A DNA stretch of 64,000 bases from Guillardia theta CCMP2712 (taxonomy: Eukaryota > Protista > Cryptophyta). Location: contig NW_005434641.1 of assembly GCF_000315625.1 (NCBI RefSeq), positions 611,465 through 675,464 on the forward strand, written 5' to 3'. The position numbers were made by a program, and so were the translations under genes. The notes under the pieces were generated by a model that saw only the letters and a program-made list of their open reading frames with translations, did not search any database and was not told where the DNA came from. This document shows positions 27,780-41,560 of the stretch, piece by piece; position 1 is the first letter of the stretch; each line of letters begins with the position of its first letter.

Positions 27780-30700
27780 ATGGCGGCGCAGGAAGGTGAG
27801 GGCGCGGGGTTGCGAGGAGAAGAGAAGAATGGAGGAGGAAGGAGGACGGCAGACATGCAGGATAGAAGAACGATGGGAGGAGGGAGAAGAGTTGAGGCAG
27901 GAAGGCTGCCGAGAGTCAGCAGACCAGCTATTGTAATCCACCAGGCGGAGCAAATGGCTAGAGTTCAAGACTGAAATCCGATTTTCCTTGCAGGCCAACA
28001 GGCAGGAGGAGAAAGCAAAGGTCTGTCAAGCTGTTGAATGATGGTTGTGGTTGAGCTGCTCCATCAGGGATCTCCCTGAGCTTGTCTTCGAACAAGAAGC
28101 GCCTTGCTCAGGACTCTGGTTGGTCGTGTGTTGCCATGGACGGGAGTTGAACTTGTCTTCAGCTATCTTCCAGGTCGACGACGATGGGGACAAGAATGAA
28201 AAGTCTTCCAAGACAGACATTAGGTGGCAGTCGATGACTCTATCCTCAGCATTCGTTGACGTTGTTGAGCAGAGAGCTGGAGGATGGTAAGGATAAGAAG
28301 GCGAAGGTATAGAACATGAAGCCACGGCAAGGCGTGACGAGTGAGCATCAAGGTCATCCCGATGAAGGAAGGAAAGGCCTGGCACCGTGGAAGGCTCGGG
28401 AAGGTGGGAAGATGGACGAGAATTGTTGGAGGATGAGAAAGTTTGGCAGGAGTCGAACGCGGAGCTAATCATGGATGTTTACAAGAAGGGAGGAAGCATT
28501 GCGACCCTTCCTCAGGGGGAGACCGTTGTTAAGCAAGAGGAGCAAGAGAACTGTGAGTGTTTGATAGAGTTGGTGGTGGTCAGGAGGGGGTGGAAGGGTT
28601 CTGCATGCAAGAGAAGTAGGACGAGGTCAAGGAACCGTGTGCAGGACGAAAGGATGGGGGAAAGGAGGACAGGGGGACTGGATCGTTGAATTCAGGATAG
28701 AGAGGGCTTGAGACGAGGAGAAGTGGTGAATGCGTTCAGGGGAAGCAGTGGCAGCAGCAGAGGAGGAGGAGAGTGGTAGAGGAGGAGAAAATTATGTGTG
28801 CGGCTTCTCATCACTTCATCAGTTTCGATCAACGACGAGAATCTTAGCACAGAAGAGAAGGCGAAACGAGCGCTGCTGAAGGAAGCGGTGGATATGAAGA
28901 AGGTGGATGGAACGGGAGAGCGGTGGAACATGACGCTGCTGCAGGAGAACCCAGAGGAGGAGATGACTCTTGGCCTGACAATCCCAACGGTCCTCTGTTC
29001 CTTCCTTCGCCTCTCTCTATCCATTCTTACTTTCTCCTCTCCTTTCCCTCCCCACCGCTGATCTTCTCCCTTCCTCCTTCCTCCCTCCGCCTTCTTCCTT
29101 CCTCCTTCCTCCTCCCTCCTCTCCCTGCCTTCTGCTGAAAACCCGCCATCGCTCATGAAGCGCACAGGGGAATCGTTCTAGTCGTGTCGTGTCTGAGGAC
29201 GCGGTAAGTGTATGAGACAGGAGCCTCTCTATGACACGCCTCCCTTCCCTTGACTCTTTTCTGATTTTTCTCCTTCTCCCCTGCAGGCGTTGAAAGAAGA
29301 TCTCACGCAATGCGGGGAGGAGGTCAAGGTAGGTCGTGCGTCTCTTTCTCGGATCCCAACACTTGCTCTCCCTCCTCTCTCCCTCCTTCCTACTTTTCTC
29401 TCTGCTCTCCCTCTACCTTCCATTATTGACGAGCTTGCAGCTGGACGACTATGAAAGTATGCCCATCTCTGAGTTTGGTATGGCTTTGATGCGCGGCATG
29501 GGATGGAAGGTATCTCCTTCTTGTACACTCCTGCTCCTCCTCCTCCTCCTCCTCCTCCTCCTCCTCCTCCTCCTCCTCCCCCTGCTCCTGCCCCTGCCCC
29601 TGCCCCTGCTCCACCGCCACCATCTCCTTAGCAAATTCGTATAGGATGGAGACGCCCTAGGAGGGAGCCGGAAAGGGATCATCGAACCTATCGAGATTCG
29701 TGCCCAGGTGAAACTCTCTCGTCCTTATTCACCCGCTCTTCTTCTGCCTCCGCCTCCTCCCCCTCCTCTGCTCTCTCTGACAAGCATCAGCCCGACGGGC
29801 TTGGACTCGGAGCCGTTCCAAAGGAAAAGAGCCCAGAGAGAGACCGTGGAAGTCGCAGGTGCGGCTGAGGAGAAGAGGAACAAGGAGCAGGTGCGCTGAT
29901 GGTAGTCAAGGTACATCCCGAAGCCAGGAGAAGAGAAGGATTACCGAGAAGTTGAAAGAGGTTTCCTATCCTCTTGCTCCTCCCTTCTCTCATCTCCTCC
30001 CCTGTCCTCTCCTTCCCTCTCGTTCTTCCTCGCTGCCTCCTACAAGTTGAGATTCTTGTCAGAGCGCATTCGCAAAGAGGCGGCGGAGAGGATGGGTACT
30101 CTTACAGTAGGAACCAAGGTGAATTTCAGTCTCAGATCATGCGCAGGGCAGGGAAGGAGAGGAAGGTGGAGGGTCAATTATTGGAGGAGGAAGAATGAAT
30201 TCGTTAGCTGACTTGTCTTCATCGACAGGTTGGGATCATAGGAGGAAGACACAGGTGAGATGCAGAATGCGAAGAACAGGAAGACGAGCTCTAAGTGGGA
30301 CGTGGACAAGGATGGAAGGAGGGGAGGGGAGGGGGAAGAACTGAAGGTGACTGGCAGGGGGATGGTCGGCAAGATATCCTACATGTATGCACATGAGATC
30401 ATGGTCCGGCTGGAGGTCAGGCCGGAGGAGACGGTCAATCGAGAGCCTCATAACCAATGATGGCAGGCTAGCGAGGAGGAGGTGACTGTGGACAAGAAAG
30501 ATCTGGATCGAGACATCTCAAAGGTGAGGAGGGGGAGAAAAGCTCAAGTCCAAGTGACTTTATTTGATGCTCTTGTGACTAGGCCGTCGAGATCCGAAAG
30601 CAAGAGCAGGAGAAGGTGGGGAACGAGCTCCGTCCCTCTCATGCCCCCCGCGATACTATGCTCCTTTGTCGTGTCTCTTTCAACTCTGCGGTACTGCCAT

Positions 30701-31871
30701 ACTCTGCTGAGACAGTGAGGTCAGGCTGCCCAAAGAGAGAAGGAGAGGAAGGAAAAGGAGAAACAAAAGGGCCAGAGGGAGGAGGAAAGAAGGTGAAGGA
30801 GGAGGAGAAGTGAGCGAAGCTGACACGGAGTGAAGACACAAGCCCTCGGGTCATCATGATCGCCGTAAGAGCGACGAGCATCATCACGGCAAGACGGAGG
30901 ATGTTGACTGGCTGAGGCCTCATATCAGAGTGCGAGTTATTGACAAGAAAGTCAAGGTTTCTGCTCCTACAATCGTCCTATGCCAATCCCCATCCTCCCA
31001 CTCTTTCCAGTTTCCTCGCTGCCTATCCAGCTTCTTGACGTCTCTCCCTCCTCCTTTTTGCCTATCCTGACCTCTTGATTCTTCCTTCAGGCTGGCAAGT
31101 ACTATCTCAAGAAAGCTACGTGTGTCTGGTCTTATCCCTCTCTTGCTCTCACCTTGTCTGCAGTGTACTCGACGTTGTATCCAGGGGAGTCTGCACAATC
31201 ATGATGGATGACGACAGGTCAGGCTCTTTTCCTTTCTTGCCACAAGATTCTTTCGATACTCGTGCTTTCCTCGCATAGCAATCTTCCATATCTCTATTCC
31301 CTGTCCTCCTCCCTTTGTTGGTGCTCCTCGTGAAGGCATCCTCCCTCAATTCCTCCCTTTCTCGTCTCTTTTCTTGCCCTCGGTCTATCTCTCTTGCCTT
31401 TGGATGGAACATCGCTAACGAGCATGAAGACGGATGGTGGAAGACGTGACCTACAAGGTGCTTGTGGTTGGCGTGCTCCCTTGCCTGAGAGGACGTGGCA
31501 GATGCTTGAGACGGTGCTTCCCAAGACCGGAGGTTACGTCCTGTTCGTCAGCGGGTGCGAGGCGTTGGGGCTATCTCGGAGCTGATCCCCAGTGTCTTGT
31601 GTCACAGGAAGTTCAAGGGACAACGAGGAAAGCTTCTCGCCAAGGACAAGGACCGAGAGGTCGCAGCTCTCGCTCTTACCTCTCAGCTGACCATCAGCTG
31701 GCATGACAGATCGCAAATGTCCAGCTAATGAGCAGCATGCAGGCAAGCTCATAATCATCCAAAAGTTAACACCGTGATTGTATTGTGACGCCTGCTGGGC
31801 TGTAGGTGGAGGCCGTACCCATGGACTCCATTGCCGAGTATGTTGGGCGGGAGGGCGACATGCTCGAGTAG
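27780..31871 (+). CDS. GPKOW: G-patch and KOW-motif splicing factor (GPKOW/Spp2/MOS2-like), many exons; start tentative
   Basis: LDDYESMPISEFGMALMRGMGWK...GLGLGA (Spp2-type G-patch); WLRPHIRVRVIDKK, VLDVVSRGVCTI, LETVLPKTGGYVLFVSG|KFKGQRGKLL, MDSIAEYVG (KOW, KIN17-like C-terminus). Confidence 0.85.
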
Positions 31872-31922
31872 TGCGAAAGGAAGGAATACATTACATTAAA
31901 ACTTCGACGCTCCTTGCCCTTG

Positions 31923-33528
31923 CTAGCCATCCAAATCTCCGTGGGCTCTTGGGGTAGAGATGGCGGACATGGCGGAAGCAGGAGTCGAGGCGTCGCTTCT
32001 TAGGACAAATTTGGATGACCAGGCCTGCTCAAGGCCCTGGCTAGAGCTGACTGTAGTGGAGGTGGATTTGGCATCCGAGGAGCAGGGGCTGCGGCTAGAG
32101 GTCAGAGATGAGGAGGGTAGAACCTGATGGTACCTGTCCACTCGGCGAGGTGTGATGCCTTCACTGATAGACTCCTCCGTATCTTCGTCTATCACCGACG
32201 CAGTTTCTTCCGTGATTTCCTGCCACGGGGTTAGAAAGCAAGCAAACGTCCTTAGGAAACCTCCACCTGGCTTATGTCAAACTTGTAATAGGGATCCAGA
32301 CAGGGCGAAGGTGAAAGGAAGGTAAAGGATCGCAGGCTTGACGGGATGAACAGGTCTTCCTCCACTTCATACTTAGAGGAAGGGCTCGGAGTCTCGCGTC
32401 TCGCTTCTCTCCTCTTGACTCTGGTTCCGGTTGAGGACTACTTTGTGACAACAAGCATTCACTTACCTCTGAACCCTGACTTCTTCTCCTGAAGCAAGGG
32501 TATGGCTCTGAACGTATTCGTTCGGGCCTGACATCTCACATCCCACTGTGAGGTGGATCGTTGTTCCAGCTTTCCCTTTAGTCAATGCAAGCAGCTTTTC
32601 ACTTGGCTGCGTTGTTGTTGTTAGAGCTCCCTGAAAAACAGCCGTTTGCATACCAGATTGCGAACCGGCGTATCTGATATGGCGTACAAAATATCTCCAG
32701 CCAAGATTGCTCGAGAGTTGTCGGCAGGACCTGTCGCACTCGATCAAAACAAGCTTTTCAACAGAATCATGTCACTGCACCTCCTTCAATAATCCTGGAG
32801 ATGACCAGATAACCATCTTTCCGGTTCTTGAACTCAATCCCAAGCCAGCCTTCGTCTTTTCCATTTTCTGCTTCCTCGAGGTTGGCTGGTCTCCAGTTTG
32901 GCAAGTATTGTCGAGTTCTGCAGAGACGTCACACTTCAAGGAAATTCAGCACAGAATGGGCGTACAAATCTTTGCTCCAAAGCATCAGATGTCTTTGATT
33001 CGTGTCAACGTTCGCTTTCGATTCAGGTTGCTGCACATTCCCGATAGGTGTCTCTGGAGATGTTGACGGACAGGAGGCAGGGGTTGCTGGAGGGTAGGAG
33101 GCACGAGATGCAGGAGAGTAGGAGGCGGAGAATGATTCCTGTAAGTTTCGAGAAGAGGGATGGTCGACAGCAGCAACGATTTCAGAGGCATCGCTTCTGC
33201 TCGATCTTGGTGCTTGAGGGACGTCAATTGGCCACACGTCTACATAGTCAACAGCGTCGTCCTCATTGCCGACATTCTCCTTTTGCTTGTGAAATTCCTC
33301 GACTGTAATAGTTGAATGGTGCGCAGTACGCTTGCTCCTCTTGTGGTGAGTGTGGCAGTCGATGCAGAAGAAGCTCTCGCAGTCCAAACAGTAATGCTCC
33401 GCCGGGTCTTGGTCTGCACACTCGTTGCACAACATGTTGCTGGAAGCAGATACGACCATCACAAGATCTGCCAGACTATCTTGAATTCGATTGTTGTCTC
33501 GATCAAGACTGTTTCGTTGGGCCAACAC
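31923..33528 (-). CDS. B-box zinc-finger protein, multi-exon; 5' end uncertain
   Basis: CNECADQDPAEHYCLDCESFFCIDCHTHHKRSKRTAHH. Confidence 0.7.
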
Positions 33529-34959
33529 GCCTGTATTAAAATACTTCAGCTTCCATATATCAGTGTTGGATATAGTGAGAAGGCGGCAAGGCCTAAGACT
33601 CGTTCACTGTGGGGTTATCTAAGCTTGTCCTATACTGCAAGTGCAGCTCTATTGAGCAATCAAACGATTGAAGGAAGGCGCAGAAAACCTGGGGGTATGT
33701 ACTACAACTACAAGATCTGGTTATCAAGAAGCTTGAATGCAACACACGTCAAGGAGGTCAAAGGATGTCATCACAGACCAGAAGAGCCAAATTCACAACA
33801 GAAAGGCGGGGACAGCATCAGCCAAACAACAAAATTGACGAAAAAGAAGAAGACGCTGGGGTAGCGCAATGGAATCTGAAGGAGAAAGGGGGTACTGAGA
33901 GGAGTCAGGCAGCACGTGCTGAGAGAAGAAGGGGAAGGGGAGCAACTCACTGTTGAGAGAGGGGGGAGGGAGAGGGAGAGAGGGAGAGAGGGAGAGGGAG
34001 ACGGAGAGGGAGAGGGAGAGANNNNNNNNNNNNNNNNNNNNNNNNNNNNNNNNNNNNNNNNNNNNNNNNNNNNNNNNNNNNNNNNNNNNNNNNNNNNNNN
34101 NNNNNNNNNNNNNNNNNNNNNGGAAGAGATGGAGGAGATGGAGGAGATAGAGGAGATAGAGGAGATAGAGGAGGAGCATGTCACTGCTGAGAGAAGGCTG
34201 GCGGACATTACAACGGCCCAAGCGTCTCTGCCATGCTCAGAGCGGCAGGTCGCGAGAGGATTAAATCAGGGTACTCTCCCAACCCCCAGGTTTGACTGAA
34301 CCAGTACCCACCGTATTGACCTAGATCCTTATTATTTCGATTTGGAAGGGGTGGATAGACAGCATGGGGTGGACAGACAGTACTTGAAATCGGGTGGGTG
34401 GGTGGGTGGGTGGGTGGCCGTGGGTGGGTTGGAGACCCTATAAGGGGTACTTGAGTGGGAATCGTGAGGGGTACTTCGGTGACATAAACGAGGCATAGCG
34501 TGTTCTGGCTATCCCAAGAGTCGTCGAGGAGGAAATGGGGGGTGGGGTAAGTGAGGGCTGCATGGAGAACCGGTCATTGTCCTGACTGCAAAGGGGGTAG
34601 GGAAGTGACCACTGATGAGTGGAGACGGCGCAGGTTTGGATCAAGGAGGCTTTGATTGACTGAGGGGTACTCCATATGATGGGGTAGGGGTCATGCGTAT
34701 ATTGTCTGGGGTACCGGGTAGGTGTGGGGTACGAAATCTTCAGCCTGGCGTCTCCATCTGAAGAAATGTACCTCGCAAGGACCGGTCTCTTCTACGTCCT
34801 AGAACCCTTTGAATTTCAGAGGGGTAGAGGGTACTACCTAGGACCCTGCACGGTCTCCGAGCGGTTGGCCCATAGATACGGTACCACTTTCGGGTTGAAG
34901 CCTCGGAGGGCGCTTGGGGGGGGGGGGGGTCCGGGGGGTCACTGGTAGGGTGGTGACTG

Positions 34960-36045
34960 GGCCGCCCTCCGCCGTTACTAGGCTTTGCCAGTTGAGTAAA
35001 CCGTGCCTGGTACAGAGTGGTGCATCCGATCGGATCGGGGCCGCTAAATCTTTACTCAAAGTTAAGTTAAACACTACTGAGTAGGCCCCGGGCCTAATAC
35101 CGTGCCGGCCGCCGCGCCGCCTTGCCGGCGGGCCTCTGCCAGGAGTGGCGCAACTTGTGACTTAGGCAAATGGTGCCGCGCGGCTTTGCGCAAGTTGGCC
35201 CTGCGTCAAGTCAGCAACTTCCGGCGGGCGGGGCGACTCGGCCGAAAGTTTCCGAATCGAGTCGACGTCGCCGGCCGCCCGGCCGCGCGCCCTCCGAGTC
35301 ACTGAACGGTCGAGTACTGCGGTCCGGCCGCCCCCGCGGCGGCCTCTTCCGAGCGCCGTTACACTTCCGTAGTTCAGACTCAGCCACTGTCGGCGGCAGG
35401 CTACTGTCTGTACGTTTACCGTTCAACTTGGCAACGGTTGAAAACGGTTGTAGTGAAATCAGTCACTGTGATAGTACTGTATCATGATCGCCGCCCGGAA
35501 CTGTCGACGGTGAGATTTGTACGCCAGGAAACTTAATACTGACAGTAGCGTACCGGACACACCTACTGAGTCCGCCGCGGATACGGTCATAAAGCGGCGG
35601 CCTTCACTCAGTGAAGTTAACACAGTGTAATCGGACCGTACGGCGGGGGCAGTCACTCGGAGGAGTCCGGCTCGGAACTTGTCACCGAATGCCGGGCGAA
35701 CCCCGAGGCTCGACGCCGGCACTCTGCGGCGCGGCCCGGCCACTCCGAGGCTCACTGCCCTGGCGGCCACCGTGACCCGGAGTGACGGTGGCAGCGGCGG
35801 CGGTCCGGCCGCGGCGCGTCTGCCGGGCCGGGCCCGTGATGAGTCACTGACTTTGAGTAAAGGCCGGAGTACGGTACCGTACTACACTGACAGGCTGAGC
35901 CTCGGAGGCCGCGGCGAGTCAGTGACAGTGACCGCCGGGGTGTCCCGGGCCTGACCCGGGCACTGCGGCAGTACTACGGTACACTTGAGTAAACACCGTG
36001 ACATCGCCTTTTCCAGTGACCGTGAGTCAGCCGGAACTTGAAACA
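34960..36045. other. GC/CpG-rich palindrome-rich intergenic island (family member; relatives at ~4950-5190, 22260-22440, 42560-42770, 44655-45540, 48430-48900)
   Basis: Dense CCGG/GGCC/GTAC/TGAGTCA words and recurrent AACTTGGCAA and TTGAGTAAA; shares the 18-mer ACTCAAAGTTAAGTTAAA with 44657-44674. Confidence 0.6.
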
Positions 36046-36639
36046 GAGCAAAAGATGCGCCTACAGGATATGCGGTAATGCAACAAACATGCGAACGACG
36101 CGAATGGTCGAGGGACTTGGGGAGGATGAATGGTGTGCGAGTAGATGCAGAATCAGAGTTGTGAATCTCGCTAGAACATGGAGCAAGTAGTGGAGAAAGG
36201 CACAGCACAATGGAGATTTAGAGCATCGAGGTTTGGATACAATTTGGGCCATAGCTCGAACGATTCAAACTCAGAATGCAACGGGAGGGAGGCAGGGAGG
36301 CAGGGAGCGAGGGAGGGAGAGAGGGAGGGAAACTGGAGTATATTTGATGCACTTCCATGTTCGTTGACCGGTCGCATACATCATGGTTGTAACTTTGCTT
36401 TGTCCTTAAGTTGTGTATTTTATCTGCTCCTCACCTCTGCCTTGTGGAATGCATGGAGCGTGCATTGCACAGTCACGGGAGATATTCGAGTCAACCCTCA
36501 ACTAAGAACTACCGCCAAGAAAGATGATTTCGGTCTCGTTGCATGCTCATGTTCAAAGGTTGTCTCACTATTGGTGGTGCAGCATTGTGCAAGCTCAAAA
36601 AAGCTGGGATGCACTTTGAAGTCATCTGCCATCCAGGCA

Positions 36640-37497
36640 TGATTCTCAAGGTATCTCGTTAGCCTGCCAGCTGCTGTTGATGCGCTGAGACCTGCTGTTG
36701 ATGCTCTTAGTTCCGAGAAGGACTTGTCTCAGACGTCATGGACGTGGTTGTGTCCAGTGACATCTTTAAGGTGTCCACTGGGGCGGGAGGAACCTAACGA
36801 GATTCTAAGATTTCCTGTCAGGACGCGAAGACAAGGATGCATCGAAGTCATGTGGACATCGTGAGTGCCTTCGGGAAGGAGTAGGAGACTCCGTTCCTCA
36901 CCCTCTTGGAGTGACATGACGGCTGCAGGGACATTACATCTTGTATCAAAGAGATCTTGATGGAAGGAGAGTATCAGGTTGCAAGGAGGGAGGAAAGGAG
37001 AGCCGGAGACTAATCGTCTGACAGCACACTGCTGAGGAGAGGAAGCGACAGATGGAGGAGAAGATGGAGGAAGTTGCCGCCTTCATCTGCCAGTGAGAAG
37101 CGTCCCTCTGCAGTCAACCTGCTCTGATTGTCTTCACCCTCTCTTCCTTCTTCCTCTCCTTTCAGAAACTTTGTCGAAACTCCATCGCATCGTGCGTACA
37201 GCATGGAAGAGATGATGGTAATTTGTTCTTGATCTGTTCCTCTCGCCCTCCCCCTCCACGCTCATGCGTCTTTTACAGGAGATTTTAGAGAGTCATCCTA
37301 ACTTGAAGTTCAACCCGATGAGGTTTGCAGCGGCACGTCCAACTTGGTTTGACAAGCTGCAGGTCAACCGAGTATCAAGCGATGGAAGTTGTGAAGCAGC
37401 TGCAGGAGGACGTTCCTATCGTCCCCTCCTACAAGTCCGTCGCATGCACAGAGAAATTCAAAGATTTTTGTCACGCGTATGTAGAGGATTGTAAGTG
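36640..37497 (+). CDS. Hypothetical small multi-exon protein
   Basis: Plausible spliced frame ...EILESHPNLKFNPMRFAAARPTWFDKLQ|EDVPIVPSYKSVACTEKFKDFCHAYVEDCK*. Confidence 0.35.
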
Positions 37498-37809
37498 AAT
37501 GAATTGGGACGAGGGAGTGAATAGACGGTTAGAGACGGTTAGAGACGAGGATGTAATGGTTTGCATGAGTGTGCGCGGTGACTGCTCGAGAAGAACAAGA
37601 GCAGAGAAGTCAACAGAGAGGAAGAAGAAGAGCAGAGAAGTCAACAGAGAGGAAGAAGAAGAGCAGAGGAAGAGACATGAAAGACAAACGAGAGGGCGGG
37701 CAGGGGCATAAAAAGCGAGGAGAAGTTCTCAGGATTTTCATACGAAAATTCATCAAGACATTACGAACTGCTTGCTCCTTTCCATGTGGAGTATCTCAAC
37801 GTTAAGGGC

Positions 37810-40260
37810 CGTTACTTACTTTTCTGCTCTCCGCTCGACTCCGACCACTTGCAGCCAATGCCAGTCAGCGACAAAGAGAGGAGGATGGAGAAAGTAGAGA
37901 GAGGGGAGGGAAGGAAAGCGAGCTGGTGAGAGCTACCGAGGGAACAAGCTGGTCCTTGAGAAACGCTTCGCCAAAGAACACAGAGTCTCCGAAGAAGTTA
38001 ATCTCTATCCATATGTCATCAACAGCCTCCTCCGCACTCTTTCCTCACTCTTATCATTCTTCTCCGGTAGATCCGGTGACGACGGGGAGGCCTCTACAAC
38101 TCGAAGAGAGGAGGAAGGGGAGGAAGGTGGGGAAGAGCGGGGGGGAGATGATTTCGCTATTGCAGCCGTCTGCCGTAGTTGCTTCACTTGCAATTCTTGG
38201 CGACAGGTTTCAAGTCACCGTATAGGAAAGAAAATCAGCTGCTGTAGCTCCGTCCTGTTTGTCTTCATCGTCAATTTAACATTCCCGACCCGGCCCCTTC
38301 CTTCCCATCATTCAAGTTTTCATATTCCATCGGGTTCGCTCGTCCTCCCTGTCTCACCTTCTCAGCTATCAGGACGTCTCCTCGCGAATCTCGTTGGATC
38401 CCTCAAGGGGCATCAGAAATTAGAAGGACAAGAAGCAGGACAAGAAGCAGGACAAGAAGCAGGACAAGAAGCAGGACAAGAAGCAGGACAAGAGGCAGGG
38501 GCAGGGGCAGGGGCAGGGGCAGGGGCAGGACGAAGTTGGTTATCTTACTCATCGTCTCATCCAAAAACACCTAAAATAAAAAACTTGGTCAAGGTCCAAC
38601 TCAACCTCCGCCTCGATCACCTGCTGGCCCCAGCCTTGACCCACAGGAGGGAGAGGAACATTGAACTAGCGAGATGAAGGTGACGAAAGGAGGAGAACAA
38701 TGCCAGAAATCTCACTGAGTTCCACTTGAGGCTACAAGATTGAAACTTGAAAGCAAACTTGTCGCCATCTAACAAATGTATCAACGAAGTTTAAAAGATG
38801 CAGAAGGGACATGCAAAAGAAAGAAAGGACGTGAAGAGATTAACTCGAAGGACAGAGGTGGGAAGGGGAGGAAAAGGAAAACGCGAAGAACAAGAGGGGG
38901 AGGAAGATACCTGGCATAAAGCTCGATCCAACTCTGATGTTTGATGAAAGTCAATACACCAGTGCAATCAAATCACTTTCTCTTACTTGAGCATTCCTTT
39001 CCCCATCTGCATGGAATGCGTCACTCTTTTCGAATACAATCTTGATCTGTACCTCGAAATCGATTATGTTGGTCAAGCTGGCTTCTTGCAAGTTGATGTC
39101 TTGCCATACGCCTGTGCCTGGTGGGAGCGTCAGATTGTTCTTGTTCTCAACCGTCCTATCTCTCGCCATCTCCTCTTTCGTCTGTGTGCCACTCACATTG
39201 AAGTCCAAACAACCCTTTCTCAACGAGGAAGAGAATTTCCTTCTCTGTCGTCCACAGCATGTTCCATCGACCTTGCATGAAGAGGCTGTACATTCTTCAG
39301 CTCTGTGAGTCACTTCACCCAGTCCACCTCTCAGCAGGCTTCTCGATGCTGAACTTCGACTCGAGCTCTTCCTGCACGTGTAGACATCAGCAAAGAACAT
39401 CGGGCAGCGACTGACTTGCCATGATCTCTTGCATTCTCTGCGAGTCTTCAGTTGTCAGCTCGCTCAGCCCCTTCCTTGCTCTCTGGCAGATTGCTCTCAG
39501 CTCAGCCTTCAGCTCCTCCTTCCCTGCGAGCGAGTCAGCTTTTCTTCTCAGCCTCCTCCTAAGCAATCACGAGAAACTTTCACGGGCAGCTGTTTCTCGG
39601 GCACGCTTGCGAAGTTGCCAAGGAGGGCAGAGAAGGATTTCTGAAGGTCGAAGGGGTTCACAGCGTAGCAAGCAGCTTTTCTGCTGCTCCTTCCTTTCAA
39701 GACGTTCGAATATGAAGACGAAGCAAACGACTCGACCGTGGCGACGTACAGGTGAAGGAGGAAGAAGACGTACTAAAAACAGAATCATTGCTTCGATTGT
39801 AGCTTTCCACTCTTTCACGCTATCCCCCATCCAAGAGTGCCCATCTGTCCCTCGCCTCCCTACCCTCTCTCCTCTCCCTGCGTCTCACCTCGCCGTCCCT
39901 ACCTTCTCCCTTCGCCTCCTTCGCCTCGCCTGCCTTCCCCATCCCTATCCCTCTCATCTTCCCTTCCCCATCCCATCCCATCCCTCGCTTCCCTCTCCCC
40001 TCCCCTCCCCATCCCTCGCTTCCCTCTCCCCTCCCCTTCCCTTCCCTCCTTATCCCTCTCTTCCCCTTCCCTACCCTCTTTCTCTCCCCGTCCCTCCATG
40101 CTCCATTTCCCCGCACTTGTTCGTGTACCTTCTTCGCCATAGCTTGTATGTCTCCGACTGAGGCGGGCTTGGTGTAGGCAGAGACATGAATGATACAACA
40201 AGGCAGGAACATGAGCTGGAGCAGGTTCAGCTGCAGGAGGAGCAGGAGGAGAGTACAAGT
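37810..40260 (-). CDS. Hypothetical multi-exon coiled-coil-containing protein
   Basis: Coding-like segments (e.g. KAELRAICQRARKGLSELTTEDSQRMQEIM) separated by purine/pyrimidine-skewed introns. Confidence 0.3.
38426..38531. repeat. (GGACAAGAAGCA)n followed by (GGGGCA)n, intronic
   Basis: Directly visible. Confidence 0.85.
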
Positions 40261-40507
40261 CAAAAGAGCATTGTGAAGTCAAGAGAGCGTTAGGAGATCA
40301 TTCTTGTACAAAACAATTTTGTTGAAGAAACACGGCCTGCTTACGAAAATGAGGAATTCAAGAGTTTAATTGTTTTCATCGTTGACGGTGTACGCTTGCA
40401 ATGTTGCTAGTGCATGAAGCTGCTATGAAATTCTCATCGTCTCTGACTGAAAGCTCTACGCAGAAGACTGTTGAGATTTCATATGTCGGAGGCCTTCCAT
40501 CCTTCTG

Positions 40508-41560
40508 TCAAGCGAGATGGTAGAGGACTGAGAGTTTGGAAGACACCAGAATTTCAGTCACACAAACCAAATTTGCGTGAGTGGAGCAAGACAGAGTCGC
40601 ACTACTGACAAGGGTGACTGAACAGATGGTTCGGCATTGCAAGTCAGAAGCCATACGGCCAAGAAGGGCAGCGAGATCTGTAAAATCGGTCACACACATT
40701 AGAAAGACAGACAATAATTGTTGAGTCTGTTGGTTGCAGAGATTGAGCCAAGGCAGCGAAGCGACTGCGGTGATGGTCGACAGAGATACATGCAACCAGC
40801 ATTCGGTGCTCGAGCACGAGATGCGATGGATTGGAGAAACATGAAAGTCGCAGAGCCGGCACCAAGAAACCTCGAAGTCCGCAAACTTTCATCAACTTGT
40901 CTCGTCCTGATGTGTAGCAAGCTAGGCCCCGCCATGGCTCAAATGCAGTTACGACCATCCCTTCTACGTGCGCAATGTCGGGAAGCCTGTTCTACAAAAG
41001 AGGTGTCTCATGGTGGGAGCGTGAGGGGTCGCAAGGTGACCTGCGCAAGGCCATGGCCATCCAACAAGGTCATCTACGGGGCTGTGCGAGAGTGGAATGG
41101 GAACCCCAACGCTCCTGATCGAGTGGAGAAAGGTGAGCAATACAAGAGGCTGGGGGTGTGTGATCTGGCGTATGCAGCTGCTCGTCCCGCCTACGGAGGG
41201 CAGTGCGATCTCTGCGTCGAAGACTCCATAGGAAGAGTGGGCCATGTGCGAGCAGCGCCGCGCAAGGTTGATGATGCAGGCAAGTGCCTCGTGCTGAGAT
41301 TGTGGGCATAGGAAGCGCACATACTACAACCTCCATGGCACAAACCAGCTGAGAAAGATCCGTAATTTCCTCATGTCCCATTTCAACCGTATCAAACTTT
41401 CTTGCCAGGGTTGCCGTTTCCCCGAACGACAAAGGCAGAAGGAAAGGAAGAGCTGAGAAAACTCATGACGTTCTTGCTCAATAACATGCCGGCCGCTTGT
41501 TCTCTTGAAGGATGAATGATCAGCTTGAGCAGAACCTGATATTGATATGATCTGAGTCAC
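40508..41560 (-). CDS. Hypothetical protein, possibly WD40-like beta-propeller
   Basis: AFEPWRGLACYTSGRDKLMKV resembles a WD40 blade; several ORF pieces. Confidence 0.3.

Noticed and set aside
39820-40282. G/R/E- or P/S/L-rich ORFs here and at 21286-22080, 22375-22809 and 47881-48495
   Set aside because: Translations of purine/pyrimidine-skewed intronic or intergenic simple repeats.
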